Origin: a virus
Virus record (IMG/VR): IMGVR_UViG_3300045988_107913
Reading direction: 5' to 3' (one strand)
DNA: 41,807 bases
Shown here piece after piece: positions 1-7,049 of this stretch (position 1 is its first letter; each line of letters begins with the position of its first letter). A model generated the notes under the pieces. The model made no database searches. It was not told the DNA's origin and was given only the letters and a program-made list of their open reading frames with translations. A program made the position numbers and the translations under genes.

Positions 1-135
1 GGAAGCTCACAGGTCGGCGAGATGTGGGGAAGCTCACAGGTCGGCGAGATGTGGGACAGCTCACAGGTCGGCAAGATGTGGGACAGCTCACAGGTCGGCG
101 AGATGTGGGGCAGCTCACAGGTCGGCGAGATGCGG
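1..135 (+). repeat. 27-bp tandem repeat, five units (the first two duplicate the window end)
   Basis: Units 1-27, 28-54, 55-81, 82-108 and 109-135 match consensus gGMAGCTCACAGGTCGGCGAGATGYGG. They are in frame and coding. Confidence 0.95.
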
Positions 136-243
136 GACAGAAGCACTGCAAGAGATTTCAAAAACTGGCCAAAGGTCAAGATCTGGGTATCTCCAGAAGG
201 TACGTTTGAGATGATAGCACACCAGAACAAAAGAGAGGAATAA
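1..243 (+). CDS. 3' part of the junction-spanning nonapeptide-repeat protein (continues from 41273-41807)
   Basis: Frame 1 is open from nt 1 (GSSQVGEMW units) to TAA at 241-243. The reading frame matches the ORF that runs off the window end. Confidence 0.8.
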   Translation, partial: GSSQVGEMWGSSQVGEMWDSSQVGKMWDSSQVGEMWGSSQVGEMRDRSTARDFKNWPKVKIWVSPEGTFEMIAHQNKREE

Positions 244-249
244 AAATAC

Positions 250-414
250 ATGCAGGAGCAGAAGAAAAACGGAACCTGGGGCGAATTCGAAGACTTTTTC
301 GCAACCGCAGTAATCGCCCAGGCAAAGAGAAGCACAAAGAGATGGTTTACTGCGTGGCTTGTAACTGCGGTCGCTTTACTGGTAAGCAATGCAATGTGGT
401 TTGCAAGCAGATAG
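250..414 (+). CDS. Small tail-anchored membrane protein (54 aa)
   Basis: ATG 250 to TAG 412-414. C-terminal hydrophobic helix WFTAWLVTAVALLVSNAMWF. Below the 60-aa cutoff of the ORF track. Confidence 0.45.
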   Translation: MQEQKKNGTWGEFEDFFATAVIAQAKRSTKRWFTAWLVTAVALLVSNAMWFASR

Positions 415-426
415 GGAGGGAAGACA

Positions 427-603
427 ATGATCGAATGTCATGAGCGGAGACATCCGGCAGCACTCAGTTATGTGGCTGTCATGAGTGACCCAGAGCGGGC
501 AACGGAAGTATACGAAGAACATCAGCAGTACGAAGATAAGCTGTTTTGGCTTGCTATGATCTGCTGGACACTGACAGCCTTTGCGGTTGTTGCACTGGCA
601 TGA
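427..603 (+). CDS. Small tail-anchored membrane protein (58 aa)
   Basis: RBS AGGGAGGG at 413-420, ATG 427, TGA 601-603. C-terminal TM segment LFWLAMICWTLTAFAVVALA. Confidence 0.5.
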   Translation: MIECHERRHPAALSYVAVMSDPERATEVYEEHQQYEDKLFWLAMICWTLTAFAVVALA

Positions 604-776
604 GTCGGAGGATGTGCCGAACGAACCGGGCGGCGGCGCTGACAGGCGCGAGCCGTTACACCGGGTACGCGAAGCCAAAGAAAAAGGCCGTCAGCTTGAC
701 GGAGCTGAACGGCCAACTAGTAAATAAATTACAGTTACAGTTTAACAGAGATGGAGGTAAAAGGCAAGATGGGTGA
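600..776 (+). CDS. Small basic hypothetical protein (58 aa)
   Basis: ATGA start/stop overlap with the previous ORF. Lys/Arg-rich. No recognisable family. Confidence 0.3.
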   Translation: MSRRMCRTNRAAALTGASRYTGYAKPKKKAVSLTELNGQLVNKLQLQFNRDGGKRQDG

Positions 777-966
777 GAAAAATATGGTTGAGATTCCGTA
801 CGAGGACTTTGTGAAGTTGATGAAAACAGCGGGACGCGTTGAATCTGCGTTGGCTATTCTGAGATCGGAAACAGGGATCTATGTTAAATGCCCTGATATG
901 ATTTCCATTCTGGACGGAGAAGAAAAGGTAATTCATACCAATGTTACGGGGCAAATTTATGAATAG
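769..966 (+). CDS. Hypothetical early protein
   Basis: GGAGGT at 753-758 precedes ATG 769; the track ORF 751-966 is in the same frame. Confidence 0.55.
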   Translation: MGEKNMVEIPYEDFVKLMKTAGRVESALAILRSETGIYVKCPDMISILDGEEKVIHTNVTGQIYE

Positions 967-1067
967 CCGATGTGATAGCTGCGGAGCAGCAGAAGAAGAT
1001 TGCCAGGATTGCAAGGCGGAATCGAAGAGAAGAAAAGATCGTCAGAGAGAAAGAGAGGACATTGAGA

Positions 1068-1553
1068 ATGAATTTATACCAGATTGATGCTGAAATCATG
1101 AGAGCTTTTGAGGATGCTATGGATCCAGATACCGGAGAGATCGTTGATGCAGAAGCATATGCGGCGCTTGATCGCTTAGGTGTAGAGCGGGACAACAAAA
1201 TCGAGAACATTCTGCTCTGGATTAAAGATTTAAAATCTGATGCAGATCAGCTCAAGAAAGAAAAGATGGCATTTGCAGAGAGACAGAAAAGCACAGAAAG
1301 AAAGTGTGAAAGCCTTACCCGTTATGTTTCCGTGGTTTTGTCCGGCCAGAAGTTTAAAACAGCAAAGGTAGAAGCTTCCTGGCGTAAATCAGAAGTGGTC
1401 GTTTATGATGGTGATATTGCAAATCTGCCGGAAAAATTCAAAAAATACGCAGACCCAGAGCTTAAAAAGACGGAGTTGAAAAAAGCTCTGAAAGATGGCG
1501 AGGAGATTGACGGAGCCAGACTTGAGCAGAGAAGCAATTTACAGATTAAGTAA
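1068..1553 (+). CDS. Siphovirus Gp157-like protein (recombination module)
   Basis: MNLYQIDAEIMRAFEDAMDPDTGEIVD... is typical of the Gp157 family N-terminus. ATG 1068 has an AGAGAGG RBS. The upstream GTG at 972 has no RBS. Confidence 0.7.
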   Translation: MNLYQIDAEIMRAFEDAMDPDTGEIVDAEAYAALDRLGVERDNKIENILLWIKDLKSDADQLKKEKMAFAERQKSTERKCESLTRYVSVVLSGQKFKTAKVEASWRKSEVVVYDGDIANLPEKFKKYADPELKKTELKKALKDGEEIDGARLEQRSNLQIK

Positions 1554-1564
1554 GGTGGTGTGCT

Positions 1565-2248
1565 ATGGCAGACAAGAAAAACATTTACGAAACCATCTCA
1601 GCTGTTATGGCTGAGATTGGATCCATCGGAAAAGAAAGCCGAAACAGCCAACAGGGGTTTATGTACCGCGGGATTGATGCGGTTATGAATGCCATAAATC
1701 CGGCACTGATAAAGCATAAACTTTTTGTTGTTCCGGAGGTCCTGAACCAAAGAAGAGAAGAACGGCAGACGGCTAAGGGCAGCAATCTCATTTATTCTGT
1801 ATGTACTATAAAATACACCTTTTATGCAGAAGATGGCTCTAGCGTTTCAGCAATCGTGATTGGCGAAGGCATGGACAGTGGAGATAAAGCCACAAATAAG
1901 GCTATGAGCGTGGCTTTTAAATACGCCTGCTTCCAAACATTTTGCATTCCAACAGAAGAAATGAAAGATCCGGACTCTGAGACTATGCCGCCGAGTAAAC
2001 CTGTATATGCAACAGCGGAAAAGCGAAAAATGTTTGCAGATGAGTGCAAAAGAATCGGCAAATCAAAGAGTGCGATACTTAAGGCAATCGGCGCACGGTC
2101 ACTAGAAGAGCTTACGGTGCAGCAGTTTGAGACAGCAATGGAAGCGTTTGAAAAAACGCCATCGGCAGCGCAAAACAAGGCAGAGCAGAATACAGTGCCG
2201 CCGGATGATGCCGGAGATGGCCTGCCTTGGAACACACCTGCGAGGTAG
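1565..2248 (+). CDS. erf: ERF-family single-strand annealing protein
   Basis: The N-terminal ETISAVMAEIGSIGKESRN..GFMYRGIDAVMNAINPALIKHKLF pattern is characteristic of Erf recombinases. It sits directly after the Gp157-like gene. Confidence 0.8.
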   Translation: MADKKNIYETISAVMAEIGSIGKESRNSQQGFMYRGIDAVMNAINPALIKHKLFVVPEVLNQRREERQTAKGSNLIYSVCTIKYTFYAEDGSSVSAIVIGEGMDSGDKATNKAMSVAFKYACFQTFCIPTEEMKDPDSETMPPSKPVYATAEKRKMFADECKRIGKSKSAILKAIGARSLEELTVQQFETAMEAFEKTPSAAQNKAEQNTVPPDDAGDGLPWNTPAR

Positions 2249-2251
2249 CCT

Positions 2252-2824
2252 ATGGAGTGCAAGGGAAAACTGATAAGCGCAGCAAAGGACTGGGTATCTG
2301 GAAAATTCCGGCTTACATTTGAAATCGAGGACGATGTATCCGGTCAGATTGATGGCATAGCGGATAAGCCGCTGCGGATTAAGGCGGCGCACTGGAGAGA
2401 AAAGCGTAGCCTTGACAGCAACGCATACTATTGGGCACTCCTGTCAAAATTTGCAGAAGCTCTCGATATCTCAAAACCGCGTGCACACAACATCATGCTA
2501 AGAGAGTATGGACAAGTTGATTTATCATCCGGCCATTTGAGCTATGCTGTAATTCCCGATACAGAAGAAGCGGAAAACGACATTTTAGAGAGACAAACAT
2601 TCCATATCAGACCAACATCAGATGTAAGAGGCGGGAAAGATGGAATCAATTACCGCACATACATTATCCTTAGAGGATCTAGCCAGTATGATACAGCCGA
2701 AATGTCACATCTCTTGAATGGCTTGATAAATGACTGTAAACCGTTAGGCATTGAGACAGCCACACCAGAAGAACTGGAACGGATGAAGCAGCTTTACGAT
2801 CAGAACCGGAGGGAAGATGGCTAA
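2252..2824 (+). CDS. NinB/Orf-like recombination mediator (tentative)
   Basis: The motif KRSLDSNAYYWALLSKFAEAL resembles the lambda NinB RSLDQNRKLWACLGDV segment. The gene lies in the recombination module. Confidence 0.45.
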   Translation: MECKGKLISAAKDWVSGKFRLTFEIEDDVSGQIDGIADKPLRIKAAHWREKRSLDSNAYYWALLSKFAEALDISKPRAHNIMLREYGQVDLSSGHLSYAVIPDTEEAENDILERQTFHIRPTSDVRGGKDGINYRTYIILRGSSQYDTAEMSHLLNGLINDCKPLGIETATPEELERMKQLYDQNRREDG

Positions 2825-3119
2825 GAGACTTTGGAGCGTTTTTACTGACGATATGGATCACTGCTACTTTACCGGCTCATCTGCGGTAGAGCGGCACCAT
2901 ATCTTTGAGAGCCGACAGGGGTTTAAGAAGAAATCCGAAGCAAGAGGGTTTGTGATACCGCTGCGACCAGACCTACACCCAAATGGGGCAAGATTCATCC
3001 GATCGGAAGAGAATTTACAGATTGACCGGATATTGAAACAGATGGCCCAGACATACTACGAGGAGCATTACGGGAATCGTGATGACTTCCGCAATGAGTT
3101 TGGCAAATCATATTTATGA
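2817..3119 (+). CDS. Conserved small phage protein, degenerate HNH/zinc-finger-like
   Basis: The pattern C..TG..VERHHIF...KKKSE..G.V.PL...H resembles a common Firmicutes phage family. Several metal ligands are replaced here. Confidence 0.4.
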   Translation: MAKRLWSVFTDDMDHCYFTGSSAVERHHIFESRQGFKKKSEARGFVIPLRPDLHPNGARFIRSEENLQIDRILKQMAQTYYEEHYGNRDDFRNEFGKSYL

Positions 3120-3238
3120 TGTATAGCCGAAAGGCTTTACATATAGCTCATGGCTTTGATTAATGTGTCACGACAGTATATTGATGCCATTGATATTGCC
3201 CCGCACGCTATCTGCCTTGCGGGGCAGAAAGGAGGGCT

Positions 3239-3610
3239 ATGGACTTTAAGGTTACATCTGCCGCAACAGCGGCTGTATATAATGCGATAGGCGTAGGGCG
3301 TGAGAATGCCACAAGCCGCGGTGATCTGGTAAGGCAGACGGGCCTACCAGATCGTGCGGTAAGGCGGGCAATCGAAATCCTTAGATATGATCGTCCCATC
3401 CTTACTGCGGACAACGGAAAAGGCTATTACATCCCCTTATCAAACGATCAGGGACGGAAAGAAGCTGAACGATGGGTAGAAACACAGAATCGCAGATGCA
3501 AAAGCATAAAAACAGCAGAAAGAGGAGCAAAGCGCTTTGCGAAGCAAGGCATCAAGAACGGCCAGATAGCCGGTCAGCTTTCCCTCTTTGGAGGTATTGG
3601 AAATGGGTAA
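3239..3610 (+). CDS. Winged-helix DNA-binding protein
   Basis: RBS AAAGGAGGG. The segment SRGDLVRQTGLPDRAVRRAIEILR is wHTH-like. Confidence 0.5.
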   Translation: MDFKVTSAATAAVYNAIGVGRENATSRGDLVRQTGLPDRAVRRAIEILRYDRPILTADNGKGYYIPLSNDQGRKEAERWVETQNRRCKSIKTAERGAKRFAKQGIKNGQIAGQLSLFGGIGNG

Positions 3611-3938
3611 AGCACAGAGAGAAAAGGGAGCTAGGGGAGAAAGGGAGCTTGCCGGGATACTCCGTGAGGAGGGATATGACACCAGAAGGGGGCAGCAGTA
3701 TTGCGGCGCAGCGGGAAACGCTGACGTGATCGGTCTCCCTGGCATCCACATTGAGTGTAAGCGAGTCGAGAAACTGAATCTTCTGGATGCAGTAGCACAG
3801 GCGGTGCATGACGCGCTTCCCGGCCTGCTTCCGGCGGTATTCCATCGGCGCGACCGCTGCGAATGGTTGGTAACCATGCGGCTTACCGACTGGATCCAGA
3901 TTTACAGAGAGTGGGAGGCCGGAAGAGATGAGAGATAG
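3603..3938 (+). CDS. PD-(D/E)XK Holliday-junction resolvase-like nuclease
   Basis: GGAGG at 3591-3595 precedes ATG 3603. Motifs GARGERELAGIL ... D(V)IG ... IECK fit a resolvase-type nuclease. Confidence 0.6.
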   Translation: MGKAQREKGARGERELAGILREEGYDTRRGQQYCGAAGNADVIGLPGIHIECKRVEKLNLLDAVAQAVHDALPGLLPAVFHRRDRCEWLVTMRLTDWIQIYREWEAGRDER

Positions 3939-4578
3939 CTTGATTTTTTACAGCAGCTTTGCAAAAGCTATCAAGCGCCTTCCGGACGCAGAGCAGCTTA
4001 AGGCACTGTGGGCCATCATTGACTACGGCCTGGATGATACGGAACCGGAAGATGACGGCGGTACATACATGTCTATCTTTGACATGGCAAAACCCCAGAT
4101 TGATGCCAATATCAAGCGTAAGGCTGATGGGGCGAAAGGTGGGCGTCCGGCAAAACAAACCTACACGGAAGAAACCAGTGGTAATGAAGATGAAAAACCA
4201 GTGGTTAAGAAGAAAAAGAAAGAAACAAAGCCGGAAGATAACAGCCCTGTTGTTGGATACATACCGTTGGTTGACGGAACTGAGTATGCCGTGACAGAAA
4301 ATGCGCTTGCAGAGTGGCAAAAGCTTTACCCGGCCATAGATGCTAAACAGGAGTTAAGGTCACTTATTGGATGGAATAAAGCAAATCCGACCCATAAAAA
4401 AACTCGGACTGGAATTAACAGACACATTAATACTTGGTTCTCCAGAGCGCAGAATAGTGCCAAAAAGGGCGGGCAGCAGAAAAAACAGAACGCATTCTGC
4501 AACTTCGAGGACCGCGGGACCGACTACGATGATCTGGTAAACAACAGCGTTAAGGAATGGATTGGAGGGGACGCATGA
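3928..4578 (+). CDS. Replication-organiser-like protein (DUF6291-like N-terminus) with internal iteron pair
   Basis: The N-terminus FYSSFAKAIKRLPDAEQLKALWAIIDYGLD is followed by a low-complexity acidic/basic linker. That linker carries two AAACCAGTGGT sites (4172-4206). Confidence 0.45.
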   Translation: MRDSLIFYSSFAKAIKRLPDAEQLKALWAIIDYGLDDTEPEDDGGTYMSIFDMAKPQIDANIKRKADGAKGGRPAKQTYTEETSGNEDEKPVVKKKKKETKPEDNSPVVGYIPLVDGTEYAVTENALAEWQKLYPAIDAKQELRSLIGWNKANPTHKKTRTGINRHINTWFSRAQNSAKKGGQQKKQNAFCNFEDRGTDYDDLVNNSVKEWIGGDA

Positions 4579-4784
4579 TAAAGCTTTTAAAAGGTTTTGA
4601 TATCCGTGTAAGAATCATGAACGCAGAACATAAGCATCACAGATTCTGCGGTACCGTGATCGGAAGCTATGATGGTGTATACGGTGTGATATTGGATACC
4701 GGAGAGTATGCGGATATTCCGGCAGAACAGGTGCAGGTAATAATGGTAAAGGAGAACATCGTAAAAGCTGGAGGGATGAACTAA
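4575..4784 (+). CDS. Hypothetical protein
   Basis: GGAGGGG RBS at 4564-4570 precedes ATG 4575. Confidence 0.55.
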   Translation: MIKLLKGFDIRVRIMNAEHKHHRFCGTVIGSYDGVYGVILDTGEYADIPAEQVQVIMVKENIVKAGGMN

Positions 4785-4885
4785 TTTATGACTTTCTATG
4801 ACTAAACTTAATTGGAATCAGCCAAAGCAGTGTATTTAATTACCTGAAAAAGCTGGAGCAGGAAGGAAAATAGCAGGAGGCGGAT

Positions 4886-5104
4886 ATGTGGATCAATAGA
4901 GCGAAATACGAAGTTGAAAAAAACCAGGCAAAACAAAGAATTGAGTACCTTGAAAATTTAATTTGCCCGTGTGAGTCCCACGACTACAGAAAAATCGATT
5001 TTCACTTTGAGGGAGGCACTGGCCGCGGGGACGAGATAACCATTTATCATTACAAGTGTTCGAAATGCGGAAAAGTTAAAAACACTTATAAAATTTTAAA
5101 TTAA
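4886..5104 (+). CDS. Small zinc-ribbon-like protein
   Basis: RBS AGGAGG. Cysteine pairs CPC...H and CSKCG. Confidence 0.55.
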   Translation: MWINRAKYEVEKNQAKQRIEYLENLICPCESHDYRKIDFHFEGGTGRGDEITIYHYKCSKCGKVKNTYKILN

Positions 5105-5123
5105 GATTTGGAGGAAATAGAAA

Positions 5124-5276
5124 ATGAAGGTGAAGGATTTATGGAAATTAGTTTTGCAAATGTCCATCATTGCCGCGTACTGTATTGCCATCGCTAAACT
5201 ATTCGGAAACCAGATGGATAGGATTGAGGGGTTGTGCATTATGTGCGTGGCAGATCATATATCTTTGCGGGATTAA
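5124..5276 (+). CDS. Micro-ORF, 50 aa, hydrophobic
   Basis: TTTGGAGG RBS, ATG 5124, TAA 5274-5276. Not in the track because it is under 60 aa. Confidence 0.4.
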   Translation: MKVKDLWKLVLQMSIIAAYCIAIAKLFGNQMDRIEGLCIMCVADHISLRD

Positions 5277-5289
5277 TTTGGAGGTCATT

Positions 5290-5394
5290 ATGAGGTGCCC
5301 ATATTGTAACTATATTCCAGATTGTGATGAGCAGACCTGCGAGGGATGCGAGGTCTATGAGGATTTCTTAGATGATGCAGATGACCTTTATTAA
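5290..5394 (+). CDS. Micro-ORF, 34 aa, Cys-rich (CPYC...CEGC)
   Basis: TTTGGAGG RBS at 5276-5283 precedes ATG 5290. Confidence 0.45.
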   Translation: MRCPYCNYIPDCDEQTCEGCEVYEDFLDDADDLY

Positions 5395-5416
5395 GATTTG
5401 GAGGTCATGACGGAAA

Positions 5417-5578
5417 ATGAAATGTGAAAATTGCATAGCCTGCTTACCGTATTTCGATGGGCGAAAAACACAATTACGTTGCTCTATTGGAGAAGACAAT
5501 GATGGAAACGTGCGCTGCGGACTTAAACGGAAAACTATAATCAAGAGGCTGAAAGAAAAATACAAATTAGGAAATTAG
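5417..5578 (+). CDS. Micro-ORF, 53 aa, Cys-rich; ends at a TAG followed by 93 open in-frame codons
   Basis: TTTGGAGG RBS precedes ATG 5417. MKCENCIACLPYF... TAG lies at 5576-5578 and the same frame stays open to TAA 5855-5857. Confidence 0.45.
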   Translation: MKCENCIACLPYFDGRKTQLRCSIGEDNDGNVRCGLKRKTIIKRLKEKYKLGN

Positions 5579-5981
5579 GATTCTATTATTTCGAAAACAT
5601 TTAAAGACAATCGGCAAGCTCTCGGCCATTATAGTTCTGTAGTAGAAATCTGGGGAAATGAATGTGATAACCTTGAAAGAGCAACTCGCTTAATTGCATA
5701 CCTTCCAGAAGATCAGATTGACTTATCTGAATTGGAATCTGTTTTAAAAGGGCTGTTTAACAAAGATAGAAATATCTTGCAGAATAGTGATACAACAACT
5801 CGAACTAATATTCGAAGACTAATTCGAATTTATGATTATTTGAAATGGGGAAAGTAAAAGAGCTTCCCGACTAAAGCGTTTGTAAACAAACACCGTACAG
5901 GAAACCCTTGTCAAACATTCTTGTACCTTTAAATTACAGCCTCTATAAATAGAGACCGAACTTTCCAGCACATTATATTTT

Positions 5982-5993
5982 ACGTAATTACGT
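5982..5993. promoter_or_regulatory. Perfect 12-bp palindrome ACGTAATTACGT in a 240-bp intergenic region
   Basis: Read directly. It is flanked by two TTTGTAAACAA copies (5879-5889 and 6019-6029) and lies upstream of the RHH gene. Confidence 0.4.
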
Positions 5994-6097
5994 GTTGATT
6001 ATACAAAAATTTTTTGATTTTGTAAACAAGAAAAACATTCTAAACTGAAATAACCAGAAAAATAAAGAAAGCTACACACCGAAAAGGAGGTATCGGT

Positions 6098-6268
6098 ATG
6101 GCAGGAGGAAGACCGAAAAAGGAAGCCGCTGAGAAGTACGTGAAACAGAACATCACTATGGAGCCGGAGCAGCTGAAAAGGTTGATGCTCTACTGCCAGA
6201 AAGAGGACCGGTCAATGTCCTGGGTGATCCGGAAGGCTCTGGAGATGTACCTGGAAAAAGTAGCATAA
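6098..6268 (+). CDS. Ribbon-helix-helix (CopG/Arc-like) DNA-binding protein, 56 aa
   Basis: AAGGAGG RBS at 6084-6090 precedes ATG 6098. The segment ITMEPEQLKRLMLYCQKEDRSMSWVIRKALEMYLEK has a typical RHH pattern. Confidence 0.65.
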   Translation: MAGGRPKKEAAEKYVKQNITMEPEQLKRLMLYCQKEDRSMSWVIRKALEMYLEKVA

Positions 6269-6307
6269 CGGTGGGTATCAATACTCACTGAAACTGAAAT
6301 TTAGGAG

Positions 6308-6631
6308 GTGAGTCAGACGGCGGTAACTATTTACAGCGTTAAGAAGAACGAGCAGTTTATTGGAATACACACTGCAAAAGAGATTGCAAGCATGCTTAAG
6401 TGCAAAGAGGGAACCGTTGGAGTATATGCCAGGAATGGCTTGCGGCTTTACGGCGAGTATGAATTTAAGGCAGTAGACAGCAAGCCTTTGGCGAAAGAAA
6501 TGCGCAGGTTATCTTTGGAATATGAAAAGGTGAGGACTCAGTTACTTAACAGCCGGTATGATTTGAGTAGAATCAAGATCATACCAGAAATGGAGCCAGA
6601 GGATGAGAACAAGGGAAGCAAAGATGATTGA
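6308..6631 (+). CDS. Hypothetical HTH-like protein (start uncertain)
   Basis: TAKEIASMLKCKEGTVGVYARNG resembles an HTH. The GTG at 6308 overlaps the only SD-like sequence, so the true start is unclear. Confidence 0.45.
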   Translation: MSQTAVTIYSVKKNEQFIGIHTAKEIASMLKCKEGTVGVYARNGLRLYGEYEFKAVDSKPLAKEMRRLSLEYEKVRTQLLNSRYDLSRIKIIPEMEPEDENKGSKDD

Positions 6632-6923
6632 TTATGACGTACCAAAAGAGGACGAATCCCAACTTGACACTTACTGTCGTAGCCCGGATCCTGAGATAAA
6701 GCTTATCCTTTTCGGATGCGCAATATCAAAGGCTCCCGGCATGGAGATAGTGATATACGAGAGCCTGACAGCAAAGGATCCGAAAGAAGCCGGGTATTAC
6801 AGCCTTTTACGAAAAGGCCGGGACATTCCGGCCAAGACCGATGATTTTTACGGATATCGGAGAAAAGTCAAAGCAGAGTTTTATCACAGGCTGAAACTCT
6901 TCGGCCTGTGGAAATACAAGTAA
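6624..6923 (+). CDS. Hypothetical protein
   Basis: ORF with an internal ATG at 6624. No family recognised. Confidence 0.45.
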   Translation: MIDYDVPKEDESQLDTYCRSPDPEIKLILFGCAISKAPGMEIVIYESLTAKDPKEAGYYSLLRKGRDIPAKTDDFYGYRRKVKAEFYHRLKLFGLWKYK

Positions 6924-6953
6924 GGAGATATAAGGATTATGGAACATAAAAAC

Positions 6954-7032
6954 AAGTGGTGGTCACCCGCCAAGATGATACCACCACTTCCTTAATCCGC
7001 TTAAGCCCATTGTATCAAACTTAAGCGGATTA
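6954..7032 (+). promoter_or_regulatory. Two adjacent stem-loops / inverted repeats just upstream of the recombinase gene
   Basis: AAGTGGTGG (6954-6962) pairs with CCACCACTT (6981-6989). TAATCCGCTTAAG (6993-7005) pairs with CTTAAGCGGATTA (7020-7032). No T-tract follows. Confidence 0.5.
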
Positions 7033-7049
7033 CGCAAGAGGAGGATACT

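Noticed and set aside
1-135. Regular 27-bp repeats as a possible CRISPR array
   Set aside because: The units are directly adjacent with no spacers. They are in frame and part of a long ORF with flanking unique coding sequence. This is a coding tandem repeat.
376-776. Track ORFs 376-678 (minus), 522-716 (minus) and 546-776 (plus)
   Set aside because: The two minus-strand ORFs lack start signals and oppose the early operon. The region is better explained by three short, RBS-preceded or ATGA-coupled plus-strand ORFs (250-414, 427-603 and 600-776). Under this layout the plus-strand track ORF 546-776 is shortened to ATG 600 rather than discarded.
972-1067. GTG-initiated 32-aa N-terminal extension of the Gp157-like gene
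   Set aside because: No RBS precedes GTG 972. The family-typical N-terminus begins at ATG 1068, which has an SD sequence.
4802-4873. Startless 23-codon frame ending ...ISQSSVFNYLKKLEQEGK, resembling the end of a winged-helix regulator
   Set aside because: It is too short, has no start codon and is bounded by an upstream TGA. At most it is a gene remnant and it is not reportable as a feature.
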